DNA of 64,000 nt from an uncultured Oscillospiraceae bacterium (GTDB taxonomy: Bacteria > Bacillota > Clostridia > Oscillospirales > Oscillospiraceae), in NCBI GenBank assembly GCA_910589155.1, contig CAJURY010000004.1, positions 29,157-93,156 of the forward strand. The letters run 5' to 3'. The translations under genes and the position numbers were made by a program. Position 1 is the stretch's first letter, and each line of letters opens with the position of its first letter. Shown in pieces: positions 1-8,909 of this stretch. The notes below the pieces were generated by a model. It had not been told where the DNA came from. It was given only the letters and a program-made list of their open reading frames with translations, and did no database searches.

Positions 1-299
1 TCGTCCACGTTAATCAGCTCCACTCCCGCGCCGGCCAAGGCGCTGGAGCTGGGCAAAACGTCGCCAAATTTGGTTCGCACTACCAGCTTTTCCGCTTCCA
101 TGCCGTCGATAATTGCATGGTATATGGATTTTCCCTGCCGCTTTTCCACGCCCAAGCCGGACGTGGCGTTTGCCTGGGGGTCAAAGTCGCACAGCAGTAC
201 GCTTTTTCCCGCTTCCTTCAGGGCGGCGGTGAGATTGACGGCGGTGGTGGTTTTGCCCACGCCGCCTTTTTGATTGACAATTGCGATGATTTTTCCCAA
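1..299 (-). CDS. soj: ParA/Soj chromosome-partitioning ATPase, N-terminal part (gene runs off the window start)
   Basis: Reverse translation from TTG at 299 gives (M)GKIIAIVNQKGGVGKTTTAVNLTAALKEAGKSVLLCDFDPQANATSGLG..., with the deviant Walker A KGGVGKT. An AGGAGG RBS lies at 307-312 (rc). Not in the ORF track because it is open at the window edge. Confidence 0.85.
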   Translation of the reverse strand, partial: MGKIIAIVNQKGGVGKTTTAVNLTAALKEAGKSVLLCDFDPQANATSGLGVEKRQGKSIYHAIIDGMEAEKLVVRTKFGDVLPSSSALAGAGVELINVD

Positions 300-372
300 A
301 ACCACGCCTCCTTTTTGTTTCTATATCATTATATCACAGATTTATGATGTTGCAATATGGGATATTTCACTG

Positions 373-388
373 TGTTTCACGTGAAACA
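373..388. promoter_or_regulatory. parS centromere-like site (perfect TGTTTCACGTGAAACA)
   Basis: Exact match to the Firmicutes parS consensus TGTTNCACGTGAAACA, about 75 nt upstream of the parA start. Confidence 0.85.
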
Positions 389-411
389 TGCCGCAAATTC
401 TATGCGCTTAT

Positions 412-427
412 TGTTTCACGTGAAACA
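412..427. promoter_or_regulatory. parS centromere-like site (second perfect copy)
   Basis: Identical 16-mer TGTTTCACGTGAAACA, 39 nt from the first copy. Confidence 0.85.
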
Positions 428-430
428 ATC

Positions 431-808
431 TCAGGTTGCGGTGGGAATGCTGGAAGGCTCTGAGGCTTCCGGCGCAATGGTATTATAGTTTTTTCCAATT
501 TCAAATTCCGGTATTTTGGTAAAATTCTGCAAGATTGCCAGCGCTGCGAAAAGTACCGTGCTGGCAAACAAAATCCCAGCCAAAATACGCAAGTGCTTAA
601 TTTTCTGCTTCTGCCGGGCAAGCATTTCCTCCTGCCTGGCCTGGGGTCGGCTATGTCGGTAGGGCTTGGGATCAGCCTGCTGCTTGGGATGTACAGGCAA
701 AATAATAGGCGCGTCCTGCTGAACCGGATCATTTTGAATTGCAAGCTGGCATTCCTTGCAGAATGCTGCCGGCGCTTTGATTTCCATACCGCATTTTAAG
801 CAGTGCAT
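431..808 (-). CDS. Zinc-ribbon membrane protein (hypothetical)
   Basis: Start chosen at MHCLKCGMEIK... (ATG at 808, GGAGGA RBS 6 nt upstream). It has CxxC...CxxC followed by a hydrophobic segment ILAGILFASTVLFAALAIL. No family recognised. Confidence 0.55.
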   Translation of the reverse strand: MHCLKCGMEIKAPAAFCKECQLAIQNDPVQQDAPIILPVHPKQQADPKPYRHSRPQARQEEMLARQKQKIKHLRILAGILFASTVLFAALAILQNFTKIPEFEIGKNYNTIAPEASEPSSIPTAT

Positions 809-954
809 AGGCGTTCCTCCAACCAAAGGGGTTTCTGTTTTTCTCTATTGTACAGCAAAAAACCTGTTTCGTAAACAGAAAAATGCCGAATGCACAAAAA
901 ATTTAAAAATTGCTTTTCAAATTCCTTGGAAGCTGGGAAATAAATATGAAGCCA

Positions 955-1300
955 GCGGGCGCTCCCGTAACGCGTTGCCCACCAATCACAGCGTAGGGGC
1001 GCACCTATGTGTGCGCCCGTTGCAACCCGTCAAGTCTCCGGCGCAAAAGGCGCCTACCGGCGGGCGGACACGCAGGTTCGCCCCTAGGGCTCGCCTTGGT
1101 ATTTTGGCGTAGTTTAAGCCGATAGCCCCCCCAAGGGTGTGCCAAATCTGTAGTGGGGTGCGTAACGCATTGCCAGCGGGCGCTGCCCGTTTAGGGAGGG
1201 TTCAGTATTTTGGGCTAGTTCTTTTCGAGTGTCCCCCAAAAGGGTGCCAAATCTGTAGCGGCCTAGGTAACGCGCTGCCAGCGGGCGCTGCCCGCACGAT
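955..1300. repeat. Intergenic repeat mosaic: inverted REP-like pair plus two ~95-nt B units
   Basis: The REP pair is GTAGGGGCGCACCTATGTGTGCGCCC at 993-1018 and its reverse-orientation variant at 1062-1087. Two B units (core CCCCCAAGGGTGTGCCAAATCTGTAG...GCCAGCGGGCGCTGCCCG) lie at ~1100-1297. Confidence 0.85.
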
Positions 1301-1304
1301 GCAA

Positions 1305-1340
1305 ACAAAAAATTCCCGCAAACGGCGAACCGTTTGCGGG
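1305..1340 (-). terminator. Rho-independent terminator of gap
   Basis: Hairpin CCCGCAAACGG-CGAA-CCGTTTGCGGG (1315-1340) followed on the minus strand by AATTTTTTG. Confidence 0.8.
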
Positions 1341-1361
1341 AACCATAAATTTCTAAGAAAA

Positions 1362-2417
<1,056 letters not shown>

Positions 2418-2535
2418 TTAAAACATCCATAGTCAGATTATTTATCATCTAACCTTACCCATTATACAATAAGTTATACCCGCTGTAAAGTCCTGTTTTA
2501 CAAAACAATTGTAAAATTTTTTCGCAGCGGGGCTG

Positions 2536-3222
2536 CTATCTCTGAGAAACCGTACTCTGGCGGATCAGCTTGCCGTCCACCACCCGACAGGCCTCGTCCA
2601 GCCTGGGGAGAATATCCATATCGTGGGTGGCGATAATGACGCAGTATTTTTCCTCATGAGCCAATTGCACCAGAATGTCGATGATGCGGTCGCCGTTTTC
2701 CGTGTCCAGATTGCCGGTGGGCTCGTCCGCCAGCAAAAGCTTAGTGTCCATGCTGAGGGCTCTTGCAATGGCCACGCGCTGCTGTTCGCCGCCGGAGAGC
2801 ATACTGGGATAGCGGTTCAGGGCGGTTTCCGGCAGGTTTACCCGGCTGATCAGCTCTTTTGCCTTTTCTCTGGCGGCCTTGCCGCCGAAGCCCCGCAGCT
2901 CCATGGGATAGGTGACGTTTTCCTGGACGGTAAGCAGCGGAAACAGACGGAAGGACTGGTAAATGACCGCCGCCTTTTCCCGACGGTAGCGGTTTAATTC
3001 CATTTTCGCAGTGGGTACGCCCTCAAAGCGGATTTCCCCCTCCTGAGGCAGATCCAAGCCTGCAAGCAAGGACAAAAGCGTGGATTTGCCGGAGCCGGAT
3101 TTCCCAATGAGTCCATACACCTTCCCCTGTTCAAACTGATAGGTCACGCCCTTCAAAGCGTCCACCTGCTGATAACGGGAGCGGTAGCGGAAGCGCACGT
3201 TTTCTACTTCTAAAATGGACAT
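2536..3222 (-). CDS. ABC transporter ATP-binding protein (MacB/LolD/FtsE-like), no adjacent permease
   Basis: Walker [10 protein letters not shown], signature [15 protein letters not shown], Walker B LLLADEPT. Start at MSILEVENV (ATG 3222) behind GGAAGGAG. Confidence 0.9.
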   Translation of the reverse strand: MSILEVENVRFRYRSRYQQVDALKGVTYQFEQGKVYGLIGKSGSGKSTLLSLLAGLDLPQEGEIRFEGVPTAKMELNRYRREKAAVIYQSFRLFPLLTVQENVTYPMELRGFGGKAAREKAKELISRVNLPETALNRYPSMLSGGEQQRVAIARALSMDTKLLLADEPTGNLDTENGDRIIDILVQLAHEEKYCVIIATHDMDILPRLDEACRVVDGKLIRQSTVSQR

Positions 3223-3319
3223 ATAAAAAAACTCCTTCCTCTTGCGTTTTTTATAGTATAGCACACTTTTTCAGTACTGTGCAATACTTTCCGCCGGTTT
3301 TTTCACATTTCTTGAGAAT

Positions 3320-3347
3320 TTACAAATGCCAACGGCCATGTTATAAT
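3320..3347 (+). promoter_or_regulatory. Candidate extended -10 promoter upstream of the R-M operon
   Basis: TTACAA (3320-3325), 16-nt spacer ending TGT, then TATAAT (3342-3347). A GGAGAC/GTCTCC hairpin plus TTTT lies ~30 nt downstream. Confidence 0.4.
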
Positions 3348-3507
3348 GGATATAGAAAAAATGCTGAGAAGGGAGACGCTTCGTAAGGAAGAGTCTCCTT
3401 TTACCTATATTTCAAAACCTGTTAGCAAAGAATGATTTCCTGCTGCTTGTTTTTTATATTTCTGTGTGATATAATTATTTTGGCGTTTTTTACAGAAGAG
3501 GTGTAGT

Positions 3508-4440
3508 ATGTTGACTTGTGTTGAAATTTGTGCTGGCGCTGGCGGTCAGGCGCTTGGTTTACATTTAGCAGGGTTTAAACATTTGGCGCTCGTCGAATAT
3601 GAAACCGAGTATTGCGAGGTTCTCAAGCAAAATATTCCTGAATGGAATGTTATTTGTGCCGATGTTCACGATTTTGACGGAACACATTATCGGGGAATCG
3701 ACTTGTTTGCAGGAGGAGTTCCTTGTCCGCCGTTTTCTGTCGCCTCAAAGCAGTTAGGAGAAAACGACGAAAGAGACCTTTTTCCTGAAGCAATTCGACT
3801 AATCAGAGAAATCAAGCCCCGTGCAGTTATGCTTGAAAATGTGAGAGGTTTTTTGGATTCAAAATTCATAGAGTACAGAGAATATATTTTGAGATCAATT
3901 AGAAGCCTTGGCTACAAAGTATATATTAAATTGTTAAATGCCTGTGACTATGCTGTGCCACAATTACGCCCTCGAGTAATTATTGTCGGTATACGCGATG
4001 ATATAAAGACGGAATTCGAATATCCGAAAAAGTATGATAAAACAGTGCCTACAGTTGGAGAAACCTTAAAAGATTTAATGGGCGCTAATGGTTGGAGGGG
4101 ATTGGACAACTGGGTTGCCAATGCGAATAAAATTGCACCCACTATTGTTGGTGGGAGCAAAAAACATGGCGGTCCAGACCTTGGTCCTGTACGTTCAAGA
4201 AAAGCATGGGCAGAATTGGGAGTTGACGGTAATGGTGTTGCAAATGATGCTCCCTCTGCCGATTTTGAGGGCATGCCAAAACTGACAAAAGAAATGATTG
4301 CAAGAATACAGGGATTCCCACCGAAATGGAATTTTGGCAAGCGAAAAACTGCGGCTTGTCGAATGATTGGAAATGCATTTCCTCCTCCAGTAGCACAGGC
4401 GGTTGCTTTAGAGATAAAGAGGTGTTTGGAAAATGGATAA
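3508..4440 (+). CDS. DNA (cytosine-5) methyltransferase
   Basis: Motif I EICAGAGGQ, motif IV GGVPCPPFS, motif VI ENV, motif VIII QLRPRVIIVG, motif X GNAFPPPV. AT-rich codon usage unlike the flanking genes. Confidence 0.93.
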   Translation: MLTCVEICAGAGGQALGLHLAGFKHLALVEYETEYCEVLKQNIPEWNVICADVHDFDGTHYRGIDLFAGGVPCPPFSVASKQLGENDERDLFPEAIRLIREIKPRAVMLENVRGFLDSKFIEYREYILRSIRSLGYKVYIKLLNACDYAVPQLRPRVIIVGIRDDIKTEFEYPKKYDKTVPTVGETLKDLMGANGWRGLDNWVANANKIAPTIVGGSKKHGGPDLGPVRSRKAWAELGVDGNGVANDAPSADFEGMPKLTKEMIARIQGFPPKWNFGKRKTAACRMIGNAFPPPVAQAVALEIKRCLENG

Positions 4441-5302
4441 AGTTTTAATTTTGGAAGAAAGAAAAGCCTATCACAACCAACTTATTGAGAAAGGCGTCTT
4501 ATCCATTTCTGCGGATGGTGTTGCTTCTAATGCAGACGGCAGTAATCAACCGTCAAAAATAATTGCTCGCTTGGTTGCAGAAAAACTTGGTGCAAAAGTT
4601 GGACAAAAAGTAAAAGGGCAAACAGCGGGTACGCTGTTTGAACAAATTACTATGCAGTTCATCTCATCCACCTTTCCGAAATTGCAACATCTTCGTCCGG
4701 GGGATTGGACAGTATTAAGTCTTGGAAACCAAAGTTCTGTTAAAACTTTTGATTTTGCCCAATATGAGCATCTTGCGTATCTTTCCCAGTTAGTAGAACA
4801 AAATAAGCAGTTATCTACAATGTTAGGAAACGACTATATGGTTGCTCCTGATGTTGTCATCTATCGTGATCTATATGAAGATATTGAAATAAATCAAGGG
4901 CACCAGTACATAAACGATGATATATGCAAAATGGCAAGTTTGCGTAAAAAGAACGGAGGAAAACCAATCCTTCATGCATCTGTATCTGCAAAATGGACTA
5001 TGCGAAGCGATAGAGCGCAGAACAGCAGAACCGAAGCATTGAATCTAATTAGAAATCGCAAAGGACACTTGCCGCATATCATTGTTGTGACAGGAGAGCC
5101 TTTACCTTCGAGACTTGCTTCCCTTGCGTTGGGAACAGGTGATTTGGATTGTGTATATCACTTTGCATTATACGAATTGATAGATGCTGTTAAAGAATAC
5201 AGCCAAAACGGACGGGAAGACATTCTTGAAACATTAGAAAATCTTGTTGAAGGAAATCGTTTAAAGGATATTTCTGACCTTCCGCTTGATTTAAGTGTAT
5301 AA
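4433..5302 (+). CDS. Type II restriction endonuclease, NgoMIV/Cfr10I-like (CCGG-core recognition, probably GCCGGC)
   Basis: The start overlaps the MTase stop (ATGGATAA). It has APDVVIY ... SVSAKW (PD...SxK), an RSDR recognition motif (TMRSDRAQNSRTE) and the C-terminal RLKDISDLPLDLSV. These match my recollection of R.NgoMIV; the family call is from memory, not a search. Confidence 0.72.
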   Translation: MDKVLILEERKAYHNQLIEKGVLSISADGVASNADGSNQPSKIIARLVAEKLGAKVGQKVKGQTAGTLFEQITMQFISSTFPKLQHLRPGDWTVLSLGNQSSVKTFDFAQYEHLAYLSQLVEQNKQLSTMLGNDYMVAPDVVIYRDLYEDIEINQGHQYINDDICKMASLRKKNGGKPILHASVSAKWTMRSDRAQNSRTEALNLIRNRKGHLPHIIVVTGEPLPSRLASLALGTGDLDCVYHFALYELIDAVKEYSQNGREDILETLENLVEGNRLKDISDLPLDLSV

Positions 5303-5474
5303 TTAAGGTGTGGCTACGGTAAGAATTTTAAACAATAGCAGCTATGGGTTTTGGCGTCAAAATCCGATGCTCGTTAATTTTATTAATTTTTGGACATAAA
5401 AATCTTGCATGCCATTGTTTGGTATGCGAGATTTTTAGCTTCCCAACGGAGGGCCCCAAAAAGCGAGGTTTTCT

Positions 5475-5876
5475 ATGGAAATTCGAAACTATGAGGTTTA
5501 TAAAGAACCGGAAATTCTGAATTTGTACACCAGCGTGGGCTGGACGGCCTACACCTGCGACCCGGAGACGCTGAAAATGGGCTTCTCTCATTCTCTTCTG
5601 ATTCTGGCCGCCTATGAAGGGGAGAAGCTTTTGGGGCTTGTCCGGGTTGTGGGAGACGGCTTCACGGTTGTTTTGATACAAGACCTGCTGGTGCTGCCGG
5701 CCTATCAGCATAAGGGGATCGGCGGCAGGCTGGTGCAGGCTGTTTTAAAGCGGTTTTCCCATGTGCGACAGATCGAGCTGGCCACGGAAAACACCCCGAA
5801 AACCATTGGTTTCTATCGATCCCAGGGATTTTTGGAAATGTCCGAGCTGGGCTGCCTGGGATTTATGAAGCCGTAG
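5475..5876 (+). CDS. GNAT family N-acetyltransferase
   Basis: 133 aa with the acetyl-CoA motif A LPAYQHKGIGGRLV. Confidence 0.85.
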   Translation: MEIRNYEVYKEPEILNLYTSVGWTAYTCDPETLKMGFSHSLLILAAYEGEKLLGLVRVVGDGFTVVLIQDLLVLPAYQHKGIGGRLVQAVLKRFSHVRQIELATENTPKTIGFYRSQGFLEMSELGCLGFMKP

Positions 5877-5938
5877 TCGGTGTGAATGCGGACGCGCAAT
5901 CAATCGTATGCCCATCACGTTCAGAAAAGAGGTAACTT

Positions 5939-7276
5939 ATGCTGCCACAGGAATTCTTAGACCGCCTTCGCGGGCAATTGGGCGAGGCCTTCGACGCTTT
6001 TTTGCAGTCCTATGAAAAGCCAAGAGCCGTGGGTTTGCGGATCAACCCCTTAAAAGGAAAAGCGCCTCCCCTCCCCTTTTCCCTGGAGCCTGTGCCCTGG
6101 GAGCCAAACGGCTTTTACTACCAACCCGGAGAAAGACCCGGCCTGCATCCCTGGCACGAGGCGGGGGTTTACTATCTGCAAGAACCCAGCGCCATGGCGC
6201 CCGCGCCGCTTTTGGAGGCGCAGCCCGGGGAAATCGTACTGGATTTGTGCGCCGCGCCGGGGGGGAAAAGCACCCAGCTCGCCGCCGCCATGGATGGACG
6301 CGGATTGCTCGTCTGCAACGAATACAGCCCCAAGCGGGCGAAAATCCTCTCTCAAAACATGGAGCGTATGGGCGTCGCCAACGCCCTGGTGCTGAACGAA
6401 ACCCCCGCCGCCCTGGCCGCCCGTTTTCCGGGATGCTTTGACCGGATTTTGGTGGACGCGCCCTGCTCCGGGGAAGGGATGTTCCGCAAGGAAGCCGCGG
6501 CGCTGGAAGACTGGAGCCGGGAGAATATCCGGCAGTGCGCTCAGCGGCAGCTTGAAATTCTGCGCTGCGCCAGTACCATGCTGCGCCCCGGCGGACGGTT
6601 GGTATATTCCACCTGCACCTTCGCCCCGGAGGAGGACGAGGGTTTGATCAGCGCGTTTTTAAAGGAATCGCCGGCTTTTTCCCTTTTGAAAATGGACGCG
6701 CCGTGGTTTGCACAGGGAAGCAGCCGTCTTGTGGAAAATCCCGCGCCAGAGCTGGAGCGCTGCCTGCGGCTTTGGCCGCACCTTCTCCGAGGCGAAGGGC
6801 ATTTCGCCGCCGTTTTACAAAAAAACGACGGTTTCGCAGGAGAAATATCCGCCATGAAAGGGGAAAAGCTGCCGACGGCCTGGCAAGATTTTGCGTCGGC
6901 TTTTGGAATTGCTTTGCCAGAGGGAAAGGCTGTGGCATTTGGGCAAAATTTATTCTGGGCGCCAAAGGAGCTGCCGGATTTAAAAGGACTGCGGGCGCTG
7001 CGTCCCGGTCTTGCCCTGGGGGAACTGCGAAAGGATCGGCTGCTGCCCAGTCACGCCTTGGCGCTATGGCTGAAAACCGGCGCAAGCTGCGCAAACTTCC
7101 CGGCGGAAGGCCCGGAAATCGCCGCCTATCTGCAAGGAGAAACCCTGCCCTGCCCGGAAAAGGGCTGGACGCTGGTACAGGCCGGCGGCTTCAGCCTGGG
7201 CTGGGGAAAATGCTCCGGGGGACAATTGAAAAATCATTATCCCAAGGGGTTGCGCAGAAACGCCGCCAGCTTCTAG
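5939..7276 (+). CDS. rsmF: RsmB/RsmF-family rRNA (cytosine-C5) methyltransferase
   Basis: DLCAAPGGKSTQLA (SAM site), DAPCSGEGMFRK and YSTCTF catalytic cysteine motifs, and a C-terminal PUA-like extension. Confidence 0.85.
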   Translation: MLPQEFLDRLRGQLGEAFDAFLQSYEKPRAVGLRINPLKGKAPPLPFSLEPVPWEPNGFYYQPGERPGLHPWHEAGVYYLQEPSAMAPAPLLEAQPGEIVLDLCAAPGGKSTQLAAAMDGRGLLVCNEYSPKRAKILSQNMERMGVANALVLNETPAALAARFPGCFDRILVDAPCSGEGMFRKEAAALEDWSRENIRQCAQRQLEILRCASTMLRPGGRLVYSTCTFAPEEDEGLISAFLKESPAFSLLKMDAPWFAQGSSRLVENPAPELERCLRLWPHLLRGEGHFAAVLQKNDGFAGEISAMKGEKLPTAWQDFASAFGIALPEGKAVAFGQNLFWAPKELPDLKGLRALRPGLALGELRKDRLLPSHALALWLKTGASCANFPAEGPEIAAYLQGETLPCPEKGWTLVQAGGFSLGWGKCSGGQLKNHYPKGLRRNAASF

Positions 7277-7293
7277 GAAAAAGAACCGTAAAA

Positions 7294-7333
7294 AACAGCA
7301 CGTTTTCATCCAAGTACGAAAACGTGCTGTTTG
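7294..7333. terminator. Bidirectional terminator hairpin
   Basis: AACAGCACGTTTTC-N10-GAAAACGTGCTGTT, with an A-run on the left and T residues on the right. It sits between convergent genes. Confidence 0.7.
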
Positions 7334-7397
7334 CAGTTGTTATAGAATGTAACCGATATGGCAAGACTTTTTAGCGGGAAAAGATATTCTTAATGGA

Positions 7398-7613
7398 TTA
7401 TCCCTTAAACCTGTTGGAAAAATGTTCGCATTCATCATACGCCCGTGTATTTTTCGTGCGCTTACCCTGGATACAGTGCCCCATTTGCAGCGGCTCAAAC
7501 CTCTGATCCCGGCTGAAAATATAATGCTGCATAAAGTACTTGCAATTCACGCACAGCGGCGTTTCTTTTTCCAGATGATGCAGAAAAAGTAATCTTCTTT
7601 CTTTCGTTTCCAT
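7398..7613 (-). CDS. Small Cys/His-rich hypothetical protein (71 aa)
   Basis: METKERRLLFLHHLEKETPLCVNCKYF...MGHC...CEH. GGAGGA RBS before the ATG at 7613. Divergent from the XRE gene. No family recognised. Confidence 0.4.
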   Translation of the reverse strand: METKERRLLFLHHLEKETPLCVNCKYFMQHYIFSRDQRFEPLQMGHCIQGKRTKNTRAYDECEHFSNRFKG

Positions 7614-7717
7614 TTTTCCATCCTCCTGGGTATAATGTGCATTTCGCACACTATTTCGTACCGTTATTATAGTGTACGATAAGCACATTGTCAAGTATAA
7701 AAAGGAGAAAATGCGTC

Positions 7718-7939
7718 ATGACGTTTGGAAAAAGACTGAACACAGTAAGAAAAAGCCGGGGATACACCGCCCAGCAAATGGCGGACGTTTTGGGCGTGGC
7801 TTTGCGATCCTACCGATTTTACGAAAGCGATTACCGACAGCCGTCTTACGCCGTTTTGGTGCGTATCGCGGATACGCTGGACGTTTCCACGGACTATCTT
7901 CTTTGCAGGGACGCATTTTTAGCGCGGCACCAAACCTGA
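7718..7939 (+). CDS. XRE-family helix-turn-helix transcriptional regulator
   Basis: MTFGKRLNTVRKSRGYTAQQMADVLGVALRSYRFYESDYRQPSYAVLVRIADTLDVSTDYLL. AAGGAG RBS before the ATG at 7718. Confidence 0.75.
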   Translation: MTFGKRLNTVRKSRGYTAQQMADVLGVALRSYRFYESDYRQPSYAVLVRIADTLDVSTDYLLCRDAFLARHQT

Positions 7940-7942
7940 CGG

Positions 7943-8345
7943 GGCGGACAGCGTCCGCTGGCATCGCGTGACCTACGCCGCTGCTGATTTGACACCCCCT
8001 TGGGGGTCGCTCGACAGAAGCTGCCCCAAAATACCGCACCCTCTCTGGGCGGACAGCGTCCGCTGGCATTGCGTTTTGTACGCTGATACTGACTTGCCAC
8101 CCCCTTGGGGGGCGCTCGACAGAAGCTGCCCCAAAATACCGCACCCTCTCTGGGTGGACAGCGTCCGCTGGCATTGCGTTTTGTACGCTGATACTGACTT
8201 GTCACCCCCCTGGGGGTCACTCGACAAGAACTGCCCCAAAATACCGCACCCTCTCTGGGCGGACAGCGTCCGCTGGCATCGCGTGACCTACGCCGCTGCT
8301 GCTTTGACACCTCCTTGGGGGTCGCTCGACAGAAGCTGCCCCGGT
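7943..8345. repeat. Four tandem ~105-nt B units (reverse orientation), arranged A-B-B-A
   Basis: Units start at 7943, 8047, 8153 and 8257, each GGGCGGACAGCGTCCGCTGGCAT.... Units 1 and 4 share ...CGCGTGACCTACGCCGCTGCTG.... Units 2 and 3 share ...TGCGTTTTGTACGCTGATACTGACTTG.... Confidence 0.9.
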
Positions 8346-8449
8346 ATGCGTACATTTCCGCAGAGCATTGTAGGGCGCGGACATATCCGCGCTGGGTACT
8401 TGCAAATTTAGGATGCACATCAATTCTTGGTAAAGACCTTTTCAACACC

Positions 8450-8767
8450 GTAGGGGCGAACCTATGTGTGCGCCCGTTGCAGCCCGACAAGTTTCCGGGG
8501 CAATTTCGTAAGAACGCTGTCATTGCGGAAAGGCGGAGCCGACGCAGGCTTTCCATACAAAGCTGTTTCAGATTGCCACACCAGTGAAAGCGAACAACCA
8601 AACCGAAGCTCAGCGAAGTGGGTTCGGTTTGGAGAGGAGGGGCAACGAAATTCTGTATGTTCCGGCGCAAGCGCCGGAACATACGCATTGGAGTTTGCCC
8701 CGACGAGGTTCGCAATGACAAATTGGAAACTGCCTTCCGGAGGACGAATACATAGGGCCGACCCTAC
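8450..8767. repeat. ~320-bp composite (C) element bounded by inverted REP-like hairpins
   Basis: GTAG-hairpin at 8450-8475 and an inverted degenerate copy at 8742-8767. Internal 14-bp perfect hairpin GTATGTTCCGGCGC-AA-GCGCCGGAACATAC at 8655-8684. Near-full copies lie at 46614-46928 (inverted) and 50135-50462. Confidence 0.9.
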
Positions 8768-8909
8768 GGCGACGAATGGTATTTTCACAGGCAAATTTGC
8801 TTGCATCATGGGGCATTTGGTTGTATAATGAGGAAAAATGGAATTTTTGGGTCTGTACGATGAATCGCCCAAACCCAAGGGCTGCGTATACAGGCTTCTG
8901 GGAGGAAGT

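Noticed and set aside
7943-8345. Possible CRISPR array
   Set aside because: The units are ~105 nt and contiguous, with no unique spacers. The same unit occurs singly elsewhere, and there are no cas genes.
7894-8721. 275-aa ORF running through the tandem B units and the C element. Similar 'proteins' appear at 46571-47155 and 50006-50446.
   Set aside because: The shared peptide segments arise because the same non-coding repeat is read. Copies occur in both orientations and different frames, so the conservation is at the nucleotide level, not the protein level.
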